The notes below the pieces were generated by a model. It was not told the DNA's origin, did no database searches, and saw nothing but the letters and a program-made list of their open reading frames with translations. Made by a program: the position numbers and the translations under genes. From Eledone cirrhosa (lineage: Eukaryota), in the NCBI GenBank assembly GCA_964016885.1, contig OZ024740.1:59582001-59646000 (forward strand): a DNA stretch of 64,000 nucleotides, in the 5' to 3' direction. This document shows positions 13,301 through 25,035 of the stretch, one piece after another; within the stretch, counting starts at the first letter, position 1, and each line of letters opens with the position of its first letter.

Positions 13301-14025
13301 CGATAAATTTTCGAGGGTTTCTCTTAGTAGCTTTTTCATGTCGTTAATATTATGATGTTCCCTGCTGTATTAGCGTTAAATTTTCCCTGCTGTATTAGCG
13401 ATAAATTTTCGAGGGTTTCTCTTAGTAGCTTTTTCATGTCGTTAATATTATGATGTTCCCTGCTGTATTAGCGTTAAATTTTCCCTGCTGTATTAGCGAT
13501 AAATTTTCGAGGGTTTCTCTTAGTAGCTTTTTCATGTCGTTAATATTATGATGTTCCCTGCTGTATTAGCGTTAAATTTTCCCTGCTGTATTAGCGATAA
13601 ATTTTCGAGGGTTTCTCTTAGTAGCTTTTTCATGTCGTTAATATTATGATGTTCCCTGCTGTATTAGCGTTAAATTTTCCCTGCTGTATTAGCGATAAAT
13701 TTTCGAGGGTTTCTCTTAGTAGCTTTTTCATGTCGTTAATATTATGATGTTCCCTGCTGTATTAGCGTTAAATTTTCCCTGCTGTATTAGCGATAAATTT
13801 TCGAGGGTTTCTCTTAGTAGCTTTTTCATGTCGTTAATATTATGATGTTCCCTGCTGTATTAGCGTTAAATTTTCCCTGCTGTATTAGCGATAAATTTTC
13901 GAGGGTTTCTCTTAGTAGCTTTTTCATGTCGTTAATATTATGATGTTCCCTGCTGTATTAGCGTTAAATTTTCCCTGCTGTATTAGCGATAAATTTTCGA
14001 GGGTTTCTCTTAGTAGCTTTTTTCA
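10343..14025 (+). repeat. 98-bp tandem array (about 31 units in 3 blocks of about 7, 5 and 19) split by two identical spacers of about 310 bp (800-bp period)
   Basis: Unit starts gggtttctcttagtagc at 10343, 10441, 10539 and so on; each unit has ttccctgctgtattagcg twice; spacers about 11053-11363 and 11853-12163. Confidence 0.95.
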
Positions 14026-14341
14026 TGACGTTATTATTGTTAATTTTACTGATGTAGTATTAACTTGGATATTTACCATGCGACCCTCAGTTCCTACCTC
14101 ACAATTTCCCTCCCCCCCACCCCCACACACCACCATAGTCTATTCGACCAATCAAACCTAGCATGCCATTTCCACTGCTGCTGCTGCTACTACCTGCCTA
14201 ACTAACTCTCTCCTCCTCTGGCGCATCCCAACACACCCTGCCATTACCCCACCACCACTGTCCTTCTAGCCCTCAATTTTCCCACCGTTATGGATGGATG
14301 AGCTGGGAATACACGAGCAACTCTGAATCAATAGATGAAAT

Positions 14342-17300
14342 ATGAATCTGCGAGCTACCAAGCACCCACGTGAAGCGCCAACCCAGAGACCCTCCCCTAC
14401 GAGTGTCGACAAATGCCCAAAACTCCGAGTTGGTACCATCAATGTAGGCTCAATGAAAGGAAGAGCAGGAGAAATCGTAGAAATGCTAGAGCGAAAGGAA
14501 GTTGATGTATGCTGTGTGCAAGAGACTAGATGGAGAGGAGGGTCTGCTAGAGTCCTTGTAGGAAAAAGCCAGTGCTACAAATTTTTCTGGGTGGGAAACG
14601 ACGATGGGATGGGTGGTGTAGGTATACTATTAGCTGACAAGTGGGTAGATAAAGTAATCTCAGTGTACAGGGTAAATGCAAGAATCATTAAACTCAGACT
14701 AGTCCTGAATAAGACAATTACCACAATAATATCAGCTTACGCACCCCAATCGGGGCTGCCAGACGAACTTAAGGATAGGTTTTACGAGTCCCTAATACAC
14801 ACTACTGCTCTAACAGACGACAAGGACTTCCTAATCATTGCAGGAGATTTTAACGGACACGTAGGTAAACACTGCGACGGCTTCAATAGAGTACATGGAG
14901 GCCATGGAGTTGGCACAAGGAATGAGGAAGGATTCAGACTTCTAGAATTCTGCGACGCCAATGACATGTCGATATGTAACACAAACTTTAAAAAACCCGA
15001 CAACCACCTGATCACCTATAGATCAGGGGAGCACTCTAGTCAGTTAGATTTTATTCTCATCAGAGGACGTGACAGATGGACGGTCGTAAACACAAAAGCC
15101 TTCCCTAGTGAGGAATGTACATCCCAACATAGCTTAGTTGTCAGCGACCTCACGGTCAGAACTAGACGAGCCCTGAAACAGAGGCCAACCTGGAGAAGAA
15201 AGATCTGGAAGCTGAAAGTCCCCTCAACCAGTAACAGATTTAAAGATATTTTACTCAACGCCTACGACAGTAAAGAAGAACAGATAGAGACATTTAACGT
15301 AGAAGAGAACTGGGAGTTCCTAAAAAATAACTTACTAGAGGCGACGGATGAGGTTTGTGGCTGGAGTAAGACCTCAAGCAGGAGGAGAGTGACTTGGTGG
15401 TGGAACAATAAAGTAGATGAAGCAGTCAAGGCCAAGAGACAGGCATGGAAAGAATGGAAGAACGGGGGGAGCAGGGTACATTACATAGAGACCAAGAGGG
15501 AAGCTAGGCGACAAGTATACTTAGCTAGGAGGGAAGCAGAGGATAGAAAATTCAAGCATGTTTTACAACGTGAGGACCAGAAACAGGAGGTATTCAAGAT
15601 TGCGAGGCAGTGTGTCAGAGATAGTTGTGATGTCATTGGAGAGAAGTGTATCCGGAATGATAAAGGTGAGCTTGCCCTCACAAGTGCTGAGAAGAAAGAT
15701 GCATGGAAGAGTCATTATGATAGATTACTAAATGAGGAGAATGCATGGGAAGAAGAGACCCTACCCCACGTAGACCCTATAGAGGGACCAGCAGTACAAG
15801 TCAGCGGCAGCGTAGTAAGTAAGGCAATCAGAGATATGAAGATAGGGAAGGCAACCGGTCCATCGGGTATAGCTGCCGAGATGCTGAAGGCATCTGGGTC
15901 TGTAGGTCACACTATAACCACACGTATCGTTAACCAGGTAATACTAGAGGGGGCCATACCAAAAGATTGGTGCAGTAGCATCATTGTCAACTGCTACAAA
16001 GGTAAAGGCGATGCACTAGATAGAGGAAACTATAGAGGTATAAAGTTGATGGACCAGGTCATGAAAGTAACAGAAAGAGTTATAGCACAGCTGATTAGGG
16101 ACCGGGTGAATATAGACGAGATGCAATTTGGGTTTGTTCCAGGGAAAGGCACCACTGATGCGCTCTTCCTTGTGAGGCAATTACAGGAAAAGTACCTAGC
16201 TAAAAGTAAGCCACTCTACTTGGCATTTGTCGACCTTGAGAAAGCCTTTGACAGAGTTCCACGTGCAGTAATCTGGTGGGCTCTTAGAAAACTAGGAGTA
16301 GATGAATGGCTTGTGAAAGCGGTACAAGCCATGTATAGGGGAGCAGTCAGCAAAGTTAGGATTGGCAATGAGTATAGCGAGGAATTTAGCGTACAGGTTG
16401 GGGTCCACCAGGGCTCTGTTCTTAGCCCTCTCCTGTTCATCATAGTCCTGCAGGCAATAACGGAGGAGTTTAAGACCGGATGCCCATGGGAACTCCTGTA
16501 TGCTGATGACCTCGCACTCATAGCTGAATCTATGGTAGAACTAGAGAATAAATTCCAAACCTGGAAGCAGGGACTAGAGAGAAAGGGCCTCAAAGTCAAC
16601 ATGACAAAGACTAAGGTCCTTATAAGTAGACGAGAAAACAGAACCCAGATCCCCTCAGGGAAATGGCCTTGCTCAGTATGTAGGAAAGGTGTAGGTAGGA
16701 ACTCCATTCTTTGCCCCAAATGCAAACAATGGGTACACAAGAGATGTAGCGGGATCTCAGGAAGCTTAATTAAGAATGTAGGATTCACATGCAGCAGCTG
16801 TGCTGAAACAGCAAGCAAACAGCCACAGGAAACAAGTACCACCAATCTCTGGGAGGGCCCTGTAGAAACAGTAGACAGCTTCTGCTACCTAGGTGACCGA
16901 ATTAGCAACGGAGGTGGGTGCTCAGAAAGTACAATAACTAGGGTAAGAACGAGATGGAAGAAGTTTAGGGAACTACTACCACTGCTAGCTGCAAAAGGCT
17001 TCTCCCTCAGAATGAAAGGCAGACTGTATGATGCGTGTATCCGAACAGCGATGTTGCATGGTAGTGAGACCTGGGCGCTGAAGGTGGAAGACTTACGTAG
17101 ATTAGAGAGAAACGAAGCCTGCATGCTCCGATGGATGTGTAACAGTAATATACGTGAACGACAAAGCATAAATGAATTGAGAGAGAGACTGAGCATAAGA
17201 GGAATCAAATGCTGCGTGCAGGAGAGGCGGTTACGCTGGTATGGACATGTGATGCGTATGAAGGATGACAGCTGCATAAAAAGGTGCAGAGCACTAGAAG

Positions 17301-17461
17301 TTGATGGAAACCGCGGAGTGGGGAGACCCAAGATGACTTGGGATGAGGTGATAAAAGCCGACCTTACCCAACTACACCTCTCAAAGTCAATGACACACGA
17401 CCGTGACTTCTGGCGTCACGCAGTAATACAGGGTACCCGACCTCCCATGGGTACATGCTGA
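14342..17461 (+). CDS. RTE retrotransposon polyprotein: APE endonuclease, reverse transcriptase with inserted C4HC3 (PHD-like) finger, 1039 aa
   Basis: APE motifs GTINVGS, CVQETRW, SAYAPQ, GDFNGH, SQH; RT motifs FVDLEKAFD, GVHQGSVLSP, YADD, FCYLG; uninterrupted ORF. Confidence 0.96.
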   Translation: MNLRATKHPREAPTQRPSPTSVDKCPKLRVGTINVGSMKGRAGEIVEMLERKEVDVCCVQETRWRGGSARVLVGKSQCYKFFWVGNDDGMGGVGILLADKWVDKVISVYRVNARIIKLRLVLNKTITTIISAYAPQSGLPDELKDRFYESLIHTTALTDDKDFLIIAGDFNGHVGKHCDGFNRVHGGHGVGTRNEEGFRLLEFCDANDMSICNTNFKKPDNHLITYRSGEHSSQLDFILIRGRDRWTVVNTKAFPSEECTSQHSLVVSDLTVRTRRALKQRPTWRRKIWKLKVPSTSNRFKDILLNAYDSKEEQIETFNVEENWEFLKNNLLEATDEVCGWSKTSSRRRVTWWWNNKVDEAVKAKRQAWKEWKNGGSRVHYIETKREARRQVYLARREAEDRKFKHVLQREDQKQEVFKIARQCVRDSCDVIGEKCIRNDKGELALTSAEKKDAWKSHYDRLLNEENAWEEETLPHVDPIEGPAVQVSGSVVSKAIRDMKIGKATGPSGIAAEMLKASGSVGHTITTRIVNQVILEGAIPKDWCSSIIVNCYKGKGDALDRGNYRGIKLMDQVMKVTERVIAQLIRDRVNIDEMQFGFVPGKGTTDALFLVRQLQEKYLAKSKPLYLAFVDLEKAFDRVPRAVIWWALRKLGVDEWLVKAVQAMYRGAVSKVRIGNEYSEEFSVQVGVHQGSVLSPLLFIIVLQAITEEFKTGCPWELLYADDLALIAESMVELENKFQTWKQGLERKGLKVNMTKTKVLISRRENRTQIPSGKWPCSVCRKGVGRNSILCPKCKQWVHKRCSGISGSLIKNVGFTCSSCAETASKQPQETSTTNLWEGPVETVDSFCYLGDRISNGGGCSESTITRVRTRWKKFRELLPLLAAKGFSLRMKGRLYDACIRTAMLHGSETWALKVEDLRRLERNEACMLRWMCNSNIRERQSINELRERLSIRGIKCCVQERRLRWYGHVMRMKDDSCIKRCRALEVDGNRGVGRPKMTWDEVIKADLTQLHLSKSMTHDRDFWRHAVIQGTRPPMGTC

Positions 17462-17802
17462 AGCATATAAACAATATGCCCCCCCCCCCCCACCGCAAGG
17501 TGGTCGTGGAGGTGCCACGGCAAAAAAGCACCCAGCCCACACTGTAAAGTGGACGTGTAGGCGCCACGAAAAAGCACCCAGCACTCACTGTAAATGAGGT
17601 TGGTGTTAGGAAGGGCATCCAGCTGTAGAAATCAAGCCAGATCAGTTCCTGTATGAGCAAGGCATGGTCAGCCGACCAGACACTGCCCACAACAGGACAA
17701 CCCGTCTAACCCATGCTAGCGTGGAAGAACGGACGTAAAACGGTGATGATGATGATGATGATGATATATGCATATATATATATATATATATGCATATATA
17801 TA

Positions 17803-18068
17803 TATACTTGGGGAGGGTCATATTTGTGTAATAATATTGTCAGAATTAATAACAGAACACACTCACTGTTTCGTAACATTGAGGACCGAATAAATTAAAT
17901 TAACCAATATAAAAGACACAGAAGCGAAAACCAACCAAACAGTGAGTGTGTTCTGTTAGTAATTCTGGCAATATTATTACACAAATATGACCCTCCCCAA
18001 GTATAACAATATTTGTTTCGACACACGATTTCATATCAAAAACCTCGCAAAATTAATTCATCGCCGTT
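17803..18068. mobile_element. Fold-back mini-element (inverted arms of about 68 bp plus unpaired tail) in (TA)n
   Basis: tatacttggggagggtcatatttg...cactgttt (17803-17871) is inverted at about 17937-18006; 60-bp tail then (TA)n. Confidence 0.85.
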
Positions 18069-18083
18069 ATATATATATATATA

Positions 18084-18250
18084 ATTGGCAGTATCGGTAG
18101 AGGGTCGGACGCCATGCTTTCCAGCATAGTTACGTCTCTTTACGATCTCAGTTCAAATCTCGCCGAGGTTGACTTTGCCTTTCATCCTTACGGGGTCGAT
18201 AAAATAAAGTACCAGTAATGCACTGGGTAATTGCTGGCCTTGTGCCTAAA
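18084..18250 (+). mobile_element. tRNA-derived SINE between (TA)n tracts
   Basis: A/B boxes and core. Confidence 0.88.
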
Positions 18251-18679
18251 CAGTTATATATATATATATATATATATAAGTGGGTACAAGAACACACCGT
18301 ATTTTTTGTCTGGCAAGTTACTTAATCTGAGACTGTGTTAAAACTAAATCAATTACTGCATGGAAGAGTCGTTTTAACTATTTAAACACATAAAAACTGT
18401 TCCATTTACTTTAATTTACATATATCATTTATTTCTAAGTGTTAAAATTTTCACAGTCTGTTACCTGGTCACTGTCACAATATTTTATATAGAGTATTTA
18501 ATTTGTAGTTTAGTGAAATTTGGAGTTCCCCAGTTCAAATTCCACACTGCCTTTTATGTTTCTGGTTAAAGTACCAGTCAAGTACCAGAGTTCGTTTATA
18601 TTTCTATAATATGTCTGAAATATAATTGGAATTATAATAGATTTTTATCCATATGGTAAGATGGAAAACAAAATCAATC

Positions 18680-18895
18680 TTAACCCATTAGCATTTACAT
18701 TACTCTATATATACTACTGTATTTTTACAGTAAAGGCTTTATCTTACATAATATCGAATCTATGAAATTTTGATATTATGTATTTTGAAAACAATACCTT
18801 AATGTTGGTATGAGTGGCCAGTTATGACCAGTTTTAACAGAAATAGGTGAAAGTATTCTGGCCAGATATGGCTAGTTTAAATACTAAATGGTTAA
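18680..18895. mobile_element. piggyBac-type MITE
   Basis: TTAA-CCCATTAGCATTTA...TAAATACTAAATGG-TTAA; related copies at 54865-55081 and 55805-56021. Confidence 0.78.
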
Positions 18896-19164
18896 TAAGA
18901 TGTTAATTTAGAAATTGCAACAACCAACATTTTGTAAAAGATTAGCCTTATGAGTTCCATGTGAGTTTTTCTAATCATTATGAGTTCTTTTTTGAAGCAA
19001 TATTTTAAAGATGGATGCTTTTCTTATTACTAACCCTTTTAATTGACTCATATGGTGTAATTATCTTAAAACTGGGATACATACAGTGAAACTCTTTTAC
19101 CTCCAAGTGATTAAAATATATATTACAAGAAATTTAGTCTGGTGCTCTACAAATTCTGATGCTT

Positions 19165-21908
19165 TCATCATCATCATCATCATCACCGTTTTACGTCCGT
19201 TCTTCCACGGTAGCATGGGTTAGACGGGTTGTCCTGTTGTGGGCAGTGTCTGGTCGGCTGACCATGCCTTGCTGATACAGGAACTGATTTGGCTTGATTT
19301 CTACAGCTGGATGCCCTTCCTAACACCAACCTCATTTACAGTGAGTGCTGGGTGCTTTTTCGTGGTGCCTACACGTCCACTTTACAGTGTAGGCTGGGTG
19401 CTTTTTTGCCATGGCACCTCGACGACCACCTTGCAGTGGGGGGGGTGTGGGGGCATATTGTCTATATGCTTCAGCTTGTACCCATGGTAGGTCGAGTACT
19501 CTGTATTACTGCGTGACGCCAGAGGTCACGGTCGTGTGTCATCGCCTTTGAGAGGTGTAATTGGGTAAGGTCGGCTTTTATCACCTCATCCCAGGTCATC
19601 TTGGGTCTCCCCACTCTGCGGTTTCCATCGACTTCTAGTGCTCTGCACCTTTTTATGCAGCTGTCATCCTTCATACGCATCACATGCCCATACCAACGCA
19701 ACCTCCTCTCCTGCACACAGCATTTGATTCCTCTTATGCTCAGTCTCTCTCTCAATTCATTTATGCTTTGTCGTTCGCGTATATTACTATTACACATCCA
19801 TCGGAGCATGCAGGCTTCGTTTCTCTTTAATCTACGTAAGTCTTCCACCTTCAGCGCCCAGGTCTCACTACCATGCAACATCGCTGTTCGGATACACGCA
19901 TCATACAGTCTGCCTTTCATTTTGAGGGAGAAGCCTTTTGCAGCTAGCAGTGGTAGTAGTTCCCTAAACTTCTCCATCCCGTTCTTACTCTAGTTATTGT
20001 ACTTTCTGAACACCCACCTCCGCTGCTAATTCGGTCACCTAGGTAGCAGAAGCTGTCTACTGTTTCTACAGAGCCCTCCCAGAGACTGGTGGTACTTGTT
20101 TCCTGTGGCTGTTTGCTGCTTGCTGTCCCAGCACAGCTGCTGCATGTGAAGCCTACATTCTTAATTAAGCTTCCTGAGATCCTGCTACATCTCTTGTGTA
20201 CCCATTGTTTGCATTTGGGGCAGAGAATGGAGTTTCTACCTACACCTTTCCTACATACTGAGCAAGGCCATTTCCCTGAGGGCATCTGGGTTCTGTTTTC
20301 TCATCTACTTACAAGGACCTTAGTCTTTGTCATGTTGACTTTAAGACCCTTTCTTTCTAGTCCCTGCTTCCAAGTTTGGAATTTCTTCTCTAGTTCTACC
20401 ATAGATTCAGCTATAAGTGCGAGGTCATCAGCATACAGAAGTTCCCATGGGCATCCGGTCTTAAACTCCTTCGTTATTGCCTGCAGGACTATGATGAACA
20501 GGAGGGGCTAAGAACAGAGCCCTGGTGGACCCCAACCTGTACGCTAAATTCCTCGCTATACTCATTGCTAATCCTAACTTTGCTGACTGCTCCCCTATAC
20601 ATGGCTTGTACCGCTTTCACAAGCCATTCATCTACTCCTAGTTTTCTAAGAGCCCACCAGATTACAGTACGTGGAACTCTGTCAAAGTCTTTCTCAAGGT
20701 CGACAAATGCCAGGTAGAGTGGCTTACTTTTAGCTAGGTACTTTTCCTGTAACTGCCTGACAAGGAAGAGGGCATCAGTGGTGCCTCTTCCTGGTACAAA
20801 CCCAAGTTGCATCTCATCTAGTTTCACCCGGTCCCTAATCAACTGTGCTATAACTCTTTCTGTTACTTTCATGACCTGGTCCATCAGCTTTATACCTCTA
20901 TAGTTTCCTCTATCTAGTGCATCACCTTTACCTTTCTAGCAGTTGACAATGATGCTACTGCACCAATCTTTTGGTATGACACCTTCTAGTATTACCTGGT
21001 TAACAATACGTGTGGTTATAGTGTGACCTACAGACCCAGATGCCTTCAGCATCTCGGCAGCTATACCCGATGGACCGGTTGCCTTCCCTATCTTCATATC
21101 TTTGATTGCCTTACTTACTACGTTGCTGCTGACTTGTACTGCTGGCCCCTCTATAGGGTCTACTTGGGGTAGGGTCTCTTCTTCCCATGCATTCTCCTCA
21201 TTTAGTAATCTATCATAATGACTCTTCCATGCATCTTTCTTCTCAGCACTTGTGAGGGCAAGCTCACCTTTATCATTCCGGATACACTTCTCTCCAATGA
21301 CATCACAATTCTCTCTGACACACTGCCTTGCAATCTTGAACACCTCCTCTTTCTGGTCCTCACGTTGCAAAACATGCTTGAATTTTCTATCCTCTGCCTC
21401 CTAGCTAAGTATACTTGTCGCCTAGCTTCCCTCTTGGTCTCTATGTAATGTACCCTGCTCCCAACGTTCTTCCATTCTTTCCATGCCTGTCTCTTGGCCT
21501 TAACTGCCTCATCTACCTTATTGTTCCACCACCAAGTCACTCTCCTCCTACTTGAGGTCTTACTCCAGCCGCAGACCTCATCCGTCGCCTCTAGTAAGTT
21601 ATTTTTTTGGAACTCCCAGTTCTCTTCTACATTGAATGTCTCTATCTGTTCTTCTTTACTGTTGTAGGCGTTGAGTAAAATACTCTTAAATCTGTTACTG
21701 GTTCGGGGGTCTTTCAGCTTCCAGATCTTTCTTCTCCAGGTTGGCCTCTGTTTCCAGGTTCGTCTAGTTCTGACTGTGAGGTCGCTGACAACTAAGCTAT
21801 GTTGGGATGTACATTCCTCACTAGGGAAGGCTTTTGTGTTTACGACCGTCCATCTGTCACGTCCTCTGATGAGGATAAAATCTATCTGACTAGAATGCTC
21901 CCCTGATA
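19165..21908 (-). mobile_element. RTE family A, 5'-truncated, frameshifted
   Basis: ORF fragments 19471-21540 highly similar to the 14342 ORF; (ATC)n tail at about 19165. Confidence 0.93.
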
Positions 21909-22376
21909 CTGCAAGGTAACGTCACACTGGTGGGATTTGCACTCAAAATTTAAAGGGATAGATATTAGACACTACAAGGTATTTTGACCAGTGCACAAAT
22001 GATTCTTCCAGTGATGTGATGATCCATTTGAATATCAATCACTTGACTTAGACATCAAACTATATTCACTCTAGTCATGGTGTTGCTGCTTTTGCTATGC
22101 TATGCAGATTTCAATACATTCACTCATATCTAGCTATTGAAAATATTACAGAAAACACTTGGATTCTGTGTCATACTAGTGTAGTTCTAAATTACTGTAA
22201 CAATAATAGTAAATCTTTCACTTTTAACTAACAAGATTAAACCATTAACTGGTAGCATCTTAGTTTTGTTTTAACAATCACTATTAACTTTCAGAACTTT
22301 CCAGATGAACTTTATAATCATATTGTATACATCAATATTCCTTGTAAGGGTATGCATATATATACATATATATATA

Positions 22377-22578
22377 ACAAAGAGGGTGTGTTAAGAGACC
22401 AGATGGACCATAACGCACCAGAGTACTCAATACTTAGGGTAGTAGAGTGGGTAATATGAAAAGAGTCAGGACCCCGACGGCTGAGCTCCGGCCGTTTCGA
22501 CAGCTAGATCTGAACTGTTCAGATCTAGCTGTTGAAATAGCTGGAGCTCAGCTGTCGGGGTCCTGACTCTTTTCATAT
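22377..22578. mobile_element. Tail-plus-fold-back mini-element in (TA)n (family with 34951 and 53011)
   Basis: 77-bp leader ending gagtactcaatacttagggtagtagagtgggta, then a near-perfect 125-bp palindrome at 22454-22578. Confidence 0.88.
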
Positions 22579-24589
22579 ATATATATCCCATGCTAGCATG
22601 GAAGAACGGACATAAAACGGTGATGATGATGATGGTGATATATAGTATAAACAAAGTTTCAAAAACTTTGTTTATACTAAATAAGCTCTCTTCCAACAGC
22701 AGAGAGGGCATCTAGATCACTATAGCTGAAGAAAAGTAACAGGTGAAATCAATAGCATGTATATCACTTGGACAATAGCTGAGGTTTGATCAACCTCAGC
22801 CATGTCAACTAGATAAGGGTGTATGCTGTAAGAGCTAAAAGACCCAGTTACTCCAGAATACAACACTGATGATGTATCCAAGTATTTACATCTGTAATTG
22901 AGTCACCTGGATGAGGGTGTATATTGTAAGAGCTGTCCTGTGACTCCATGATACAAAACTGATGATATGCCCAAGAGTTTGCATCCATGGATGCAAAAAG
23001 AACTCATTTTTTTCCTTTTTTAATTAGCTTCAGTCATGACTGGTCATGCTGATACAATGCCTTGAAGAGATTTAATCAATTATATCCACTCCAGGACTTA
23101 TTTTTTTCAAGTCTGGTACTTATTTCATTGATCTTTATTTGTTGAATTACCTAGTTGCAGGACATGAACACACACACACACATATATACATACATACACA
23201 CATACACACATACACACATGCATATATATACAATGAACTTCTTCATAGTTTTCATCTATATATAAGTTTGAGTGACTTCTGTTCGTCCTTACATCACATA
23301 CTAGAGTTGACTGAGAAGGAAGGAGTGATGACGTCACACACTAGAGATGACTGAGGAAGGAAGCTGTGATGACGTGACACACTAGAGAACAGTGTCTAAT
23401 ATTCACTACACTTGTGTGTACAATCTACATACATAAGGCACACACATATACATATATGCGTCACTGTTTTTAAATAAATTCTAGTCTACCAAATTTCACT
23501 GACAAAGCATCGGTGGATCTGGAACTTTAGCAAATGACACTTGCTCATTGTGTCATGCAGTGGAATGGAATTTGAAACTAAGAGATTGCAAAACAAACAT
23601 TTTAACCACACAATCAAGCCTTCACTTATGTAATTCTTGTTTGTTACTTTGCTGCAGTGGTGGCAGTGGTGGTAGTTGAGATGATGAAAATGATGATGAT
23701 TATGATGATGACAACAACATTATCTATGGTGAAAATAATTAGAAAGAACAAGATTAGAAAGCTGAAAGATATAAAACATTTGTTTCAACAATTTTTTCCT
23801 TAAATGAAAGAAGGCTTTACAAATAATTCATATAGTATGTTTGTTTTGTTTCAATGGCTTCAGTGAAAGCTAATAGTAATTCTTGAAATTTTCTGATGAA
23901 GAAGGCATTATTGTATACATAGTACTAGTCACATTTTCTGTTCTGCTATGCTGTATTTTGAAGGATGATCATATGAAAATCTATATTTTTCATTAATATA
24001 TATCTCTGGGGTTTCTTTTGATGAAATTACATTGATATTTTTGTAAAGTGTTGTCATGTATGCTCAAAAGATAACTGTGCCCAGTAGTGTTTAGCATGCA
24101 AGAAACAATATCAGCAATTTGATATAATTTTAGTTGATTTTGAATTAACACGATTTGGCTCAAAGCATATTACATTACAAAACAAAACTCTTGCAAGCAG
24201 GGTAAAGCGGACGTAAAATGAAAAAAAAAAATAAAATAATGCTGTTTTAAATAGAAACTAGAGTTTTAATTGAAGGATCTGCAGACAGTTAATCCAGTTA
24301 TTGCAAATGATAACAATATTCTAGCTGCAATGACCTTAAAGGAAAATATGAAACTTTTTATATCAGTATAAAGTAGAAAAAGTTTGTAAATAGTGAAAAA
24401 TTGAAAAATGGTCATAAAAATTATTTTAACACCATAATTATTTTTTGGTTGTATCACTGAAAATTAGAAATAACTAAAATATGTACAGATTGAAACAATA
24501 TTCTATGAAGTATTTGAGAAATGGGTTTCAGCATAGTTAGTTAGGAAGAGCATGGAACATATGAGCAAGACACAGTCATCTGATCTATC

Positions 24590-25026
24590 TAACCTCATTA
24601 TGACTTGAACTTTACAGTGTGGACTGGGTGCTTTTTGTCGTGTCACCTACAGTGGACGAAAATGGGAGGATGGAGTATGGGGTATTGGGTGGGGTGGGGT
24701 GTACATTGGGTTAAGAGGTGCCTACTGACTGTAGGTTTAAGTTCATATGTAAGGGAAGGCGGGTCTTCTGTATAACTGGATAGCGCCAAAGATCTCGATC
24801 CAGTGACATTGTCTTAGAGAGGTATAAGTGAGCAAGGTCAGTTTTTATCACCTCGTCCCAGATTTTTCTTGGTCTACCCACTCCATAGCTTCCATCAATT
24901 TTGATCGCTCTGCACTTTTTTATACAGCTGTTGTCCTTCATTTGCCTCACATGTCCATACAATCTCCTCTCTAGCACACAACATTTGATACCTCTTATGC
25001 TTAGTCTCTCTCTCAATTCATTTATG
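24590..25026 (-). pseudogene. RTE 3' fragment
   Basis: ORF 24711-25016 (GRPRKIWDEVIK). Confidence 0.85.
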
Positions 25027-25035
25027 CATATATAT

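Larger units (their letters stand above)
10343..17765 (+). mobile_element. Full-length RTE-clade LINE, family A, including 5' tandem array; inserted in (TA)n
   Basis: Candidate TSD ATATGCATATATA at 10330-10342 and 17766-17778; intact ORF; 3' UTR and (GAT)n tail. Confidence 0.88.

Noticed and set aside
10343-14025. CRISPR-like repeat/spacer array
   Set aside because: Units are contiguous 98-mers, the two spacers are identical and about 310 bp, there are no cas genes, and the context is eukaryotic
16216-17331. Long antisense ORFs recurring in RTE copies
   Set aside because: Shadow ORFs of the RT coding strand with no independent motifs
22812-22990. Diverged tandem duplication of about 98 bp containing CTGATGA (snoRNA or ribozyme?)
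   Set aside because: No complete C/D box arrangement or hammerhead fold; unrelated to the 98-bp LINE array
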